Under the pieces are notes generated by a model, which was not told the origin of the DNA, ran no database searches, and saw nothing but the letters and a program-made list of their open reading frames with translations. A stretch of 64,000 nt of DNA from Candidatus Ozemobacteraceae bacterium. Its GTDB lineage: Bacteria > Muiribacteriota > Ozemobacteria > Ozemobacterales > Ozemobacteraceae. A program made the position numbers and the translations under genes. Location of the stretch: positions 2,880,001 through 2,944,000 of the forward strand of contig OZ223236.1 in assembly GCA_965140445.1 (NCBI GenBank), given 5' to 3'. This document shows, piece after piece, positions 9,315 to 18,496 of the stretch (position 1 is the first letter of the stretch; each line of letters starts with the position of its first letter).

Positions 9315-11833
9315 CCGTGTCCTACTACCCCGGTAAAATCTCCGCTCAATCGCATTTGAAAATGCTTAATCTGAGAAAAGATTTCTTTCAGCATTTTTTG
9401 GTCAATGGCTGAAAAGCTATCTGGGCGAATAAAGTTATCCGGGTTTTTACCATTTTCTCTTAAATTAATCTGGTGCTGGAGACGCAAACGCATCAAATAT
9501 CCATAAGCCTGAGTAATTTCCTGATAACTTTGTTGGGTTAGAATACCAAGTTCTTTAAGTTTTCGTAAACGTTCGAAAGTGCTTCGGTTTTTAATTCCAT
9601 GACGTAAAGCATAGATTCTTGCAAAGTCTACAATTCTTACCATTACAGCTTTTATATTAAGAGCTTCTTCATTGTTTGGACTGGATTCCAGAATAAAGTT
9701 ACCGAACATACCTATTGGTGGTTCAAACTGCAAAACGTCCATGGCCAGAAGAACGAAAAATCTGGGATTGTCTGACAGGCTTGCAGAAAAATTCTCCCAC
9801 AACTCGTTAATCAGAGTTAAATCTCCAAATCCGCAACGAAAATCAAGGAAGATTTTTGTTTCTAAAAGGTCTTTTGGTTCTAACTCCCTGGCCCATGTTG
9901 AAAAGTATTTTTTCCAGGTGGTTAGCGGTTGACACCACCTTTCTTCCTGCGCCATTATTTTACCTTTACAAAATGAATATCCTGCTGAATCCAACAAGGA
10001 GCATATTTGTTTTCCGAGATTGAGAAAATAACTCTGAGTTTCTTCAAATTTTTCAGATGGAACGTCTGCAAAAATGATTCCATTATCCTGATCTGTACAT
10101 AGGGTTTGCTCTCTTCTTCCTTCACTTCCCGTTACTAAAAAAGCAAATGGAACCGGTGGAGCGGGAAGCTTCGCGAGAATAATTTTTAATCCCTGCTCTA
10201 AAACCATGTCTGCCATCGTTGTAATAAACTGATTAATATGCCGGGTTCTTGCCCCATTCTGAAACATGATCTGAACTAGTTCCGGGCCTCTTCGAGATGC
10301 TTTTATTAAGCTTCTTTCATCTTTCGCATCCTGAATTCCTCTGAATAAAATTGTAGGTGAATATGATTGAAGCTGCAAAAGATGCTTAAAACTAAGTATC
10401 TTAAAATCTGAAAAATTTTCCGATTTTACTATCAACGGCTTAAAATCCTGTTTTTCCATTTTTAAAAATGCGTCAAAAAGAAGTGTTTTGCCAGGAATTG
10501 TAATTTTAGAAGAAACCACCTCACCAGCTACTAATGAGGAATCCATATCTTTCTTGTTGAAGTGATTGAGTAAATCTTCCTTAGAAATCAGCCCATCACA
10601 TTCCTCCCCATTTTGAACCAGGATTACATTTTTTTCAGAATTTTGAAATTTCTCAAAAACTTCATTGATAGATATATTAGAATCGATTTTTTCCGATTCA
10701 TCCAGTGGTAGGTTTTCAACACTTCCGTGGAAGAACATTAGTGATTGCTGAAGTTCATCCAGAAGAATTGTTCGATTTAGTTCTCTTTCATGCTGAGGAG
10801 TGAGCCGGGATGCTATTAGGCTGAATCCAATGCTTCCGGCATGAGAAATTTTTGATAATGACAGCAAAACTCTATGTACTGATCCATCTTTACTTTTTAA
10901 ACCCGCTTCATAATGCTGTCTTACCTCTTTACCTTGAAGCAAAGCCTTATAATAGGTGCAACCCATTATTTCTTCTTCTTGCGTGGGTATTACAATCTTT
11001 TCAAGATTTTTGGTTGAAAATTCTTCAGAGGTGTATCCTAAAAGTTTCAGCATGCTCTGATTAGCGTAAAGGCCCTCTCCCTCAAGAGACATTATAAAAG
11101 AATCTCCTGCGGATTCTACCAGCAAGCGATACCGCTCCTCAGATTCCTTTAGAGCTTTTTCCGAAAATTTTCTAAGTTTGTCAGTTTTCCAGGTTCCCCA
11201 TAATATAAAACTTAAAAGTCCCATTACTAAACCAAGTATGCCCAGGGAAACAAAGATTAATTGATGGGTAACAGCGCTAATTTCCTGACTGACATCATCG
11301 AGATAAATACCTGTTCCAATAATCCAACCCCAAGGTGAAAAGCCTTTGACGTAAGAAAGTTTTGGAACTATTTTTGTTGGGTCATCTTTCCATTGCCAGT
11401 GATAAGAAACAAACCCTGCACCATTTTGCTTAACAATTTTTACAAATTCTACAAATAGCTTTTTCCCGTGTGGATCGACAAAATTACTAAGATCTTTTCC
11501 GTTGAGATCTGAACGATAGGGATGGATAACCATTCTTGGATGCATGTCGTTTATCCAGAAATAGTCTTTCATTTGACTACCATATTGTAGGTTTTTTATT
11601 TGGGCGATAGCGTTTATTTGGGCTTGTTGTCTGCTTAGATTACCAGTTCTTTCTTCGTGCTCAAAATTAGCTAGAATATTCCAGGCTGCAGTAGTTAGTT
11701 CACGGATCATTTCACGTTTTCGAGCCATCATGTTTTTCTCAAAAGATGGGATAAAAAACATGAATATCGAAATTACAAATAAAAGAATTGCAAGTAGAGT
11801 AGGCAAAATTCCTCTGACAACAAAGTTACCCAA
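9311..11833 (-). CDS. Membrane sensor: TM-Cache_2-TM-PAS-CBS-DUF294 nucleotidyltransferase-DUF294_C
   Basis: Cache YFWIND..HP..GFVSY..PKLSYV..WIIGTGIY; PAS after EERYRLLVE; degenerate CBS pair; NTase GSEGRREQTLCTDQDN; C-terminal IVDFARIYAL..STFERL. Confidence 0.85.
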   Translation of the reverse strand: MGNFVVRGILPTLLAILLFVISIFMFFIPSFEKNMMARKREMIRELTTAAWNILANFEHEERTGNLSRQQAQINAIAQIKNLQYGSQMKDYFWINDMHPRMVIHPYRSDLNGKDLSNFVDPHGKKLFVEFVKIVKQNGAGFVSYHWQWKDDPTKIVPKLSYVKGFSPWGWIIGTGIYLDDVSQEISAVTHQLIFVSLGILGLVMGLLSFILWGTWKTDKLRKFSEKALKESEERYRLLVESAGDSFIMSLEGEGLYANQSMLKLLGYTSEEFSTKNLEKIVIPTQEEEIMGCTYYKALLQGKEVRQHYEAGLKSKDGSVHRVLLSLSKISHAGSIGFSLIASRLTPQHERELNRTILLDELQQSLMFFHGSVENLPLDESEKIDSNISINEVFEKFQNSEKNVILVQNGEECDGLISKEDLLNHFNKKDMDSSLVAGEVVSSKITIPGKTLLFDAFLKMEKQDFKPLIVKSENFSDFKILSFKHLLQLQSYSPTILFRGIQDAKDERSLIKASRRGPELVQIMFQNGARTRHINQFITTMADMVLEQGLKIILAKLPAPPVPFAFLVTGSEGRREQTLCTDQDNGIIFADVPSEKFEETQSYFLNLGKQICSLLDSAGYSFCKGKIMAQEERWCQPLTTWKKYFSTWARELEPKDLLETKIFLDFRCGFGDLTLINELWENFSASLSDNPRFFVLLAMDVLQFEPPIGMFGNFILESSPNNEEALNIKAVMVRIVDFARIYALRHGIKNRSTFERLRKLKELGILTQQSYQEITQAYGYLMRLRLQHQINLRENGKNPDNFIRPDSFSAIDQKMLKEIFSQIKHFQMRLSGDFTGVVGHG

Positions 11834-12118
11834 AATTAGCTGACATCCTTATTCTAATTAAACTTTATGATCCTCATCAGGACAAGTATAGTTGGTTAAA
11901 TGATTGCTGGCAAGAATTGTGAAATTTGTTTTCAATTCTGCAAATATTGAGTGCACTAAAGGTTACAACTGGCAAAATGTTAAAAATTATATATACTGAG
12001 AGTGAGGGTTAAAAAAGATAGTTTTTTTTTATTTAAACATTACAAAACTTTAGAAAAATACTTTGGCAACAAAAAAAATAGCAGCGTATATAAGTTGCTC
12101 TAAGTGGGGGAGATTGAG

Positions 12119-12790
12119 ATGGATATCAAGCTTTTGCTTATGGACAAAATAAGAGAGGCAGATCGTCCAGGAGCAAATGAATTATTAGATTCATGGATCA
12201 AAGAAAACGGGTATGAAAATGTTTTGATGGAGGTTCTAGATCCCGTTTTAGTTCTTATAGGTGAAGAATGGCGATCGACAGAATCCTTTACCCTGGCACA
12301 GGCATACGTAGCAGCAAAAATAGCGGAAGATGTTATGTATAAAATTGCTGAGAATAAAGAATCTATTTCCAAAATTAAAACATTTAAGGGTGAAGCAGTT
12401 ATTGGGAATATTGAGGAAGATTTCCATTCTCTGGGGCGTAAGATGGTGGCGACTTTTTTGCGAACAGAGGGTTGGACTGTACATGATCTTGGCAACGATG
12501 TAATTGCAAAAGATTTTGTGGACAAAGCCGTTGAAACCGGAGCAAGAGTTATTGGTGTTTCAGCTATGATGATGACAAATGCACGAAATATTCTAAAAGT
12601 TCGTCATGAAATTGATGCTCGTGGTTTGTCTGGCCGTATAAAACTTGCTGTTGGTGGAGCTATTTTTCGGGTTTGCCCAACCCTGGCTTCAGAAGTTGGA
12701 GCAGATGGAACTGCTCCACACGCGCTTGGAGCTGCCAAACTTTTCGATGAATTAATGGAAAAGTCTTTGAAAGAGTTTCCAGAGGCATGA
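12119..12790 (+). CDS. Corrinoid (B12-binding) protein, MtaC/MttC-like
   Basis: Cap domain IGEEW..TLAQ; DFHSLG (DxHxxG), DLGNDV, GVSAMM, VGGA, VGADG; GGGGAG SD before ATG 12119. Confidence 0.9.
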   Translation: MDIKLLLMDKIREADRPGANELLDSWIKENGYENVLMEVLDPVLVLIGEEWRSTESFTLAQAYVAAKIAEDVMYKIAENKESISKIKTFKGEAVIGNIEEDFHSLGRKMVATFLRTEGWTVHDLGNDVIAKDFVDKAVETGARVIGVSAMMMTNARNILKVRHEIDARGLSGRIKLAVGGAIFRVCPTLASEVGADGTAPHALGAAKLFDELMEKSLKEFPEA

Positions 12791-13815
12791 ATTGTATTGA
12801 AAGAATTTCTGCGACGATAAAGGGGGAAGCTGTAGATCGTCATGCATTCATTCCCGTTTTAAGTTTATATGGAGCCAGGCTTATAGATTGTTCCATTGAA
12901 AAATATTATTCTGATTCCAATGAATACGCTCGTGGGCAAAAAGCCATTTTTGAAACATTTAAACCAGACGTTTTGCTTAGTCCATTTGCTTTTGCTTCAA
13001 TTGGAGCAGCTTTTGGAAGTAAGCTGAATTTTTCAAATCGTGCTCCAAATGTTTGCAAACCAGCAATTCAAAATGCGAAAGAGTGGGAAACTCTTGCTTT
13101 TCCGGATATCGAAACGCATCCTCAAATTCGTTTTTTAATTAAATCTGTTGAAAGAATGGCTAAAAATCATAAAGATCAGGTTCCTGTTGCAGGAGTTTTG
13201 CCTTTACCTAGTGATCTTCCAATTCTGGTAATGGGACTGGAGGCCTGGCTGGAAACAGTTCTTTTTGATCCTGAGGGTGCTCAAAGAATAATGGAACTTG
13301 TAGTCCCATTTTTTGTTTCTTTGGTAAACAGAATTCTTAGTGCTGGGGCAATGTTTGTTGTTCTTCCTTGTGGGTTTATATCTCCGGCCATCGTTACCAG
13401 AGGAATCGCAACGAACTTTGTGCGCCCTGTCCTGGCAAATGCATTAGGAAAAATAAAAGGGCCGGCTGTTCTTCATCAGGTTGGGGCACCTATTTTAAGG
13501 CATTTAGATATTTTAACAGGATTGCCTTCGACGGTTGGATTTGCATTGGATAACCTGGATAATCTTACTTACGCGCGAAAAATAATTGGCCCGGACACTT
13601 TATTATTTGGTGGACCAAGTGGGCCAAACCTAGATTTATCAACAGATTTGGAAATAAAAAAGGATTGCCTGAAAATTCTTGAAGAGAGAGCTGGAGACAA
13701 ACACTTTATTTTGTGTACGGCGGGAGCAGATATTCCATTAACAACTGACCCAGAAAATATTCATGCATTAAGACATGCAGTAGAAGAATATGGAGAACAA
13801 AATAATGGAAAATAG
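12787..13815 (+). CDS. UroD/MtaA-CmuA family TIM-barrel protein (methylcobamide methyltransferase-like)
   Basis: MNCIERI..GEAVDR start, AAFGS, FILCTAGADIP..PENI end; ATGA overlap with the corrinoid gene. Confidence 0.85.
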   Translation: MNCIERISATIKGEAVDRHAFIPVLSLYGARLIDCSIEKYYSDSNEYARGQKAIFETFKPDVLLSPFAFASIGAAFGSKLNFSNRAPNVCKPAIQNAKEWETLAFPDIETHPQIRFLIKSVERMAKNHKDQVPVAGVLPLPSDLPILVMGLEAWLETVLFDPEGAQRIMELVVPFFVSLVNRILSAGAMFVVLPCGFISPAIVTRGIATNFVRPVLANALGKIKGPAVLHQVGAPILRHLDILTGLPSTVGFALDNLDNLTYARKIIGPDTLLFGGPSGPNLDLSTDLEIKKDCLKILEERAGDKHFILCTAGADIPLTTDPENIHALRHAVEEYGEQNNGK

Positions 13816-14410
13816 CCCGGCAGGAGTTCAGGTTGTTTGTTGTGGCGTTTTAAAGCAGGAAGTTGAGCTTCTTCAAAAAAACATCTTAAAAAGCTTGGAA
13901 ACTCCAATATTCATAGGCTCAATGTTACACATGTATCCAAAAAAATTGGAAGATTGCTTAAAACAAGTTCTAAGTAAAAAAAATGTATTAAATAAAAAGG
14001 TTTTGATTATTTATGGGGACTGCTGTCCAAAGATGGGGGCTTTTTCCGACAATAAAAGAGTTTTCCGAACTAAATGTAATAATTGTTGCGATTTACTGCT
14101 TGGTTCATCTGAATATCGACGTCTGGCCCATGAAGGAGTATTTTTCTTGCTTCCTGAGTGGGCAAAGAGGTGGAAAGAAATTTTTTCCGATCATCTTGGG
14201 TTAAACCAACAAAATGCTATTGAGTTTATGGGTGAAATGCATAGCAAGTTGATGTATCTGGATACAGGAATTATTCCAATACCTGAAAAAGAATTGAAAG
14301 ATTGTTCTATATATTGTGGTTTGCCATTTGTTGTAAAAAAAATCTCATTAAATGAATTGCAAAAATCAATCGAGGAAACCTACAAAATGCTTAATAATGG
14401 TTGCTTTTAA
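13805..14410 (+). CDS. DUF1638 domain protein
   Basis: CCGVL, LHMYPKKL, YGDCC, CNNCCDLLLG, FFLLPEW, YLDTG; GGAG SD before ATG 13805. Confidence 0.85.
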   Translation: MENSPAGVQVVCCGVLKQEVELLQKNILKSLETPIFIGSMLHMYPKKLEDCLKQVLSKKNVLNKKVLIIYGDCCPKMGAFSDNKRVFRTKCNNCCDLLLGSSEYRRLAHEGVFFLLPEWAKRWKEIFSDHLGLNQQNAIEFMGEMHSKLMYLDTGIIPIPEKELKDCSIYCGLPFVVKKISLNELQKSIEETYKMLNNGCF

Positions 14411-16635
14411 TGGAAAGAATAAAAAAAGATCCAGCGTTGCCTGCAATGACAATGGATATTCTTGGGAGCGTTCTTGGAAAAGCTGATAATCCAGGAGAGC
14501 TCGGTGAATATATAACCGAGGAAATTCGAGAACTTACCGGAGCTCGCTGTGTAATCTTGAGTCAGTATTTTGCTTCGAAAGATGAGAAAGCCGTCAGAGT
14601 TTTTAGTATTAACCCGTTACGAAAGAAATCATGGGCTAATTCAACATTAGCATGGGATTTGTATAATTATTTTCTCAAGTTTGATGGAATAAAATTAATT
14701 CATGCGACTGAAATTAGCGAATTTTCTGAAGATCTTATCGCCCAGGGATTTGAGATTTCTCTTGTAATACCGTTGTGTGTTGGGGCTTCCAAAATAGGTT
14801 CTTTATTGATTCTTGGTCTTCCAGATGAAGAATCTATTAATTCTGTTATCAATCTATTAAAGAGTCTATCAACTATCATGGCTCTTGTTTTAAATAATTC
14901 ATTTTTATTTGATAGCCAGGAACAAGTTATTCAACAAAGAACAATGGAGCTACAGGAGTCTAACAAGCTTTTACAGTCAGAACTTGCTGAAAGAAAAGAG
15001 ATAGAAGAAGCTCAAGAGTTTTTATTGCAATGTGGTTTGCCTGCAACAGGAGAAGATTTTTTTGATTCACTAACTTGCTACATTTCAGAGAAATTGGGAT
15101 TCGAATATTCAAGTGTCGGAAAACTATCTGAAAATGGTTTAAATATTGAGCCACTGTCGGTTTATTTTGAAGGCAGGCATGTAAAAATACCACCATATTC
15201 ATTAATAGATACTCCATGCGGCGAAGCATTAAATTCTAAAATTTGTTTTTACAGAAAAGAAGTTCAGGAAAAATTTCCAAGGGATTTAGATCTGGTAAAG
15301 CTTAATGCAGAAAGCTATTTGGGTATAAAGCTAGCTGATTCTCAGGGAATTCCAGTTGGTATTATTGCTCTGGTTGGAAAAAGTGAATTTACAAATTTTA
15401 AAAGTGCAGAAATGCTCCTTAAAATAATTTCTCCTCGGGTAGCTGGGGAATTGGAGCGAAGAAACATTGAAAAAGAGCAGCAAAAACTAAAGGATCAACT
15501 TATTCAGTCACAAAAAATGGAATCGATTGGAAGACTAGCCGGTGGCATAGCTCACGATTTTAATAATATGCTTGGAGTTATTTTAGGACATACGGAAATA
15601 GCGCTTGGTGAATTAGAATCAGGTCATCCACTTAAAGATAAAATTTTGGTAATCAGCAAAGCTGCAAAAAGGTCTGCCGATCTAACTAGACAACTACTAG
15701 CCTTTGCCCGCAAGCAAAGTATTTCACCGAAAATTCTTGATTTAAACGATGTTGTTTCTGGAATGCTTGCTCTATTAAGGCGTCTTATTGGCGAGGATAT
15801 TGAGTTAAAGTGGAATCCTGGTTCGAATTTATGGCCAATTTTAATGGATCCTGGCCAGATAGATCAGTTGCTGGCAAACCTTTGTGTAAATTCGAGGGAT
15901 GCTATTGAAGATGTTGGATGCGTAGCAATAAAAACTGAAAATGTTTTCCTGGATGGAGAAAATTTTGCAGATGAAGAAAATTTTGTTCCAGGAGACTATG
16001 TTCTACTGTCAGTTTGCGACAACGGAAATGGAATGGACGAGGGAACTCTTGAAAATATTTTTGAACCATTTTTTACAACAAAAGCCATAGGCAAGGGTAC
16101 AGGCCTTGGCTTAGCAACTGTTTATGGGATTGTAAAACAAAATAAAGGTTTTGTGTCAGCTTGTAGTGAATTGGGAGAAGGAACTACTATTAAAATTTAT
16201 CTCCCAAAATTTTCTGGTTTGGAAGAAAAGCAAAAAGAGGATTCCAATATTAATAAAATCCCAACTGGCGAGGAAACTATTTTGTTAGTGGAGGATGACC
16301 ATGACTTGTTAGACATGGCCAAAGCCATGCTGGAAAGAATTGGTTACAAGGTAATAACTTCCAGAAGTCCTGAAGAAGCGATCAAAATCGCAAGAGAGAA
16401 ATCAGACGAAATTTCGCTTCTTATAACAGATGTAATTATGCCTACGATGAATGGACAAGTTTTGGCCAAAAAAATTAAGATTGAGTGTCCGAGCATGAAG
16501 AGTTTATTTATGTCAGGCTATACGGCAGACATTATTGGGAGGCATGGAGTAATGGGGGAAGGGGTTGGTTTTATCCAAAAACCTTTTTCAATGATAGATT
16601 TTGCAACCAAGGTTAGAGGAATACTCGATCAGTAA
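14410..16635 (+). CDS. Cytoplasmic hybrid histidine kinase (GAF-GAF-HisKA-HATPase-REC)
   Basis: [12 protein letters not shown]-box, [14 protein letters not shown], receiver LVEDD..TDVIMP..SGY..KPF; TAATG coupling with the DUF1638 stop. Confidence 0.92.
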   Translation: MERIKKDPALPAMTMDILGSVLGKADNPGELGEYITEEIRELTGARCVILSQYFASKDEKAVRVFSINPLRKKSWANSTLAWDLYNYFLKFDGIKLIHATEISEFSEDLIAQGFEISLVIPLCVGASKIGSLLILGLPDEESINSVINLLKSLSTIMALVLNNSFLFDSQEQVIQQRTMELQESNKLLQSELAERKEIEEAQEFLLQCGLPATGEDFFDSLTCYISEKLGFEYSSVGKLSENGLNIEPLSVYFEGRHVKIPPYSLIDTPCGEALNSKICFYRKEVQEKFPRDLDLVKLNAESYLGIKLADSQGIPVGIIALVGKSEFTNFKSAEMLLKIISPRVAGELERRNIEKEQQKLKDQLIQSQKMESIGRLAGGIAHDFNNMLGVILGHTEIALGELESGHPLKDKILVISKAAKRSADLTRQLLAFARKQSISPKILDLNDVVSGMLALLRRLIGEDIELKWNPGSNLWPILMDPGQIDQLLANLCVNSRDAIEDVGCVAIKTENVFLDGENFADEENFVPGDYVLLSVCDNGNGMDEGTLENIFEPFFTTKAIGKGTGLGLATVYGIVKQNKGFVSACSELGEGTTIKIYLPKFSGLEEKQKEDSNINKIPTGEETILLVEDDHDLLDMAKAMLERIGYKVITSRSPEEAIKIAREKSDEISLLITDVIMPTMNGQVLAKKIKIECPSMKSLFMSGYTADIIGRHGVMGEGVGFIQKPFSMIDFATKVRGILDQ

Positions 16636-16665
16636 TCAACAATAAATCATAGCTATGAAATTTAT

Positions 16666-17181
16666 CTAATCACAAAAAGAATCATAAGATTCCTTATCTT
16701 TATTTTCGTTTGAATGAAAATGAATTTGGGATTTCACCCTGTTCAGAATTTTATTAACATCTGTATCCAGGGGATAAAAATTAAATGGAAATTCCTCATT
16801 ACTATTTAATTAAATTATCCCGTTTACATAGCCTTTTGAGCTTTGTCTTATACTAAAATCTGAAATTTCTTCCCAAACCAGAAAACTGTCTTTAAGGCAT
16901 GAAATGTATAAACCATTTGTTTCTATTTCAATTTTTTTGTTTCTATCCATTGCGGCAACAAAGTGAACTGACATCTGGTATGCAAGAATGCCGGTAAAAA
17001 TAAGAAAAAGAAGTTCTGTGTCGTTTTGGTTCTTTGCATAACCAGAGAATGCCAGCATGGTAAAAAAGCAGTAAAAAAGCCCTTTTTTTAAATTACTAAA
17101 ACAGCAATTTCTTACAACCAAAATTCAATACCCCATTCGAAGGTTACAGCTTAAAAACTTATTATAGAAAGAGTTTTTCAT
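16666..17181 (-). pseudogene. Probable pseudogene of a small membrane protein, two in-frame stops
   Basis: ATG 17181 to TAG 16666 is one frame (172 codons) broken only by TGA 17125-27 and TAA 16810-12; the ORF track shows only the middle 103 aa. Confidence 0.5.
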
Positions 17182-17340
17182 AGATTAAATACTTCTATGC
17201 AAGATCTGGTGTCAAGAATATTTCAGGGGCAATGGTTTTTTAAACTGCTTTAGTCGTTACCATATTAAAATGGTCCATCAGTTTTACATTAATACCCGGT
17301 TTTTGTAGGATAAAAGAATTCAGAAGCAATGGTGACAAAA

Positions 17341-17925
17341 ATGACTCTTAAAATAGAAGTTTTTCATAATTTTGGAGAAGTAATTTCTTCTTACCGACAA
17401 ATTCCCATGATTTTTGAAACTGACACAATCTTTGAAATTGTATTGTTGAAAGATGGTATTGGTGGATTTAATTTTCATGAAAAAAAATTAGATTCAGTTT
17501 TTACTAAAGATTATGATGCTATTGACGGGGATGGGCCAGATACATGGGCGCAGAAGTTTAATCTGGAAAACTGGGGATTTTTACTAACCAAAATTGATGA
17601 TGAAGTCGTTGGTGGGGCAGCCATCGCTTTTGCCACTCCTGATTTGCATATGCTTGAAGGACGTGATGATATGGCGGTTTTATGGGATATTAGAATTTCA
17701 CCGCATCATCAAAGAAAAGGTATAGGAAACGCTCTCTTTGCAAGGGCAGTTGACTGGGCTAAAGAACGAGGTTGTAAGGTTTTAAAAATAGAAACCCAGA
17801 ATAACAATACAAATGCCTGCAAATTCTATTTAAATCAAGGCTGTGAATTGGGAGGAATTAATCGATTTGCTTACTCAGATTTTCCTGAAGAGGTACAACT
17901 TTTGTGGTATAAGAACTTAATTTAA
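17341..17925 (+). CDS. GNAT N-acetyltransferase, streptothricin acetyltransferase (SatA)-like
   Basis: LWDIRI..QRKGIG, LKIETQNNNTNACKFY, EVQLLWY. Confidence 0.85.
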   Translation: MTLKIEVFHNFGEVISSYRQIPMIFETDTIFEIVLLKDGIGGFNFHEKKLDSVFTKDYDAIDGDGPDTWAQKFNLENWGFLLTKIDDEVVGGAAIAFATPDLHMLEGRDDMAVLWDIRISPHHQRKGIGNALFARAVDWAKERGCKVLKIETQNNNTNACKFYLNQGCELGGINRFAYSDFPEEVQLLWYKNLI

Positions 17926-18404
17926 GTAGAAATTTTGAGGTCAGAAATTATTCTTTTTACAACCCTATTGTCGGTCTTTTTCAAATTCATTTGTAAGGCA
18001 AGAATTCCATTTTTTTCAGCCTTTTGTTGAAATCCCAATGAAAAATACATTTTTTTGGCTTTATTGTTGTTGAAAACTTTACAAAAGATTGAATCAATGT
18101 TTTTTTCTAAACATGTTTTTACCAGGTCTTTAAGGACTTTGTAGCCTATTGTCGAATTCTGGTTTTTTTGTTTTATCTGAAGAGTGTGAATCATTAAGCC
18201 TCTGGCAATCCATTCTAACGAAACCACGCCAATAAACTCATTGTTAAGCATAATTTTCCAATTTTCTTTTGCACGATAATGTTTTTTTATCAGTTCGTCA
18301 TCCCAATTTAAGCCAAGTTCAATTTGAAGTTGAAACATATTTTGGCGAATTAATGCAAAAATTTCATCAAAATCGGCTTCTTTAGCTTCTTCAATAATAA
18401 ACAA
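17922..18404 (-). CDS. GNAT N-acetyltransferase
   Basis: LQIKQKNQNSTIG acetyl-CoA motif, VFNNNKAKKMYFSLGF. Confidence 0.8.
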   Translation of the reverse strand: MFIIEEAKEADFDEIFALIRQNMFQLQIELGLNWDDELIKKHYRAKENWKIMLNNEFIGVVSLEWIARGLMIHTLQIKQKNQNSTIGYKVLKDLVKTCLEKNIDSIFCKVFNNNKAKKMYFSLGFQQKAEKNGILALQMNLKKTDNRVVKRIISDLKIST

Positions 18405-18496
18405 CAGTTTCTCCGGTAAAAATAATCTAAAAAAAAATGTGAAAAAGAAATGTGACTAATTTTGATAATACTTTTGCTGGCTCTGGGCTTTAACGC

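Noticed and set aside
8589..11833. Nucleotidyltransferase plus phosphoesterase as a CBASS or toxin-antitoxin defence system
   Set aside because: The NTase is DUF294/GlnD-type with Cache/PAS/CBS input and an actP context, not CD-NTase or MNT-HEPN
12787..13815. hemE (uroporphyrinogen decarboxylase)
   Set aside because: Lacks the MRQAGR motif; coupled to a corrinoid protein, no hem genes
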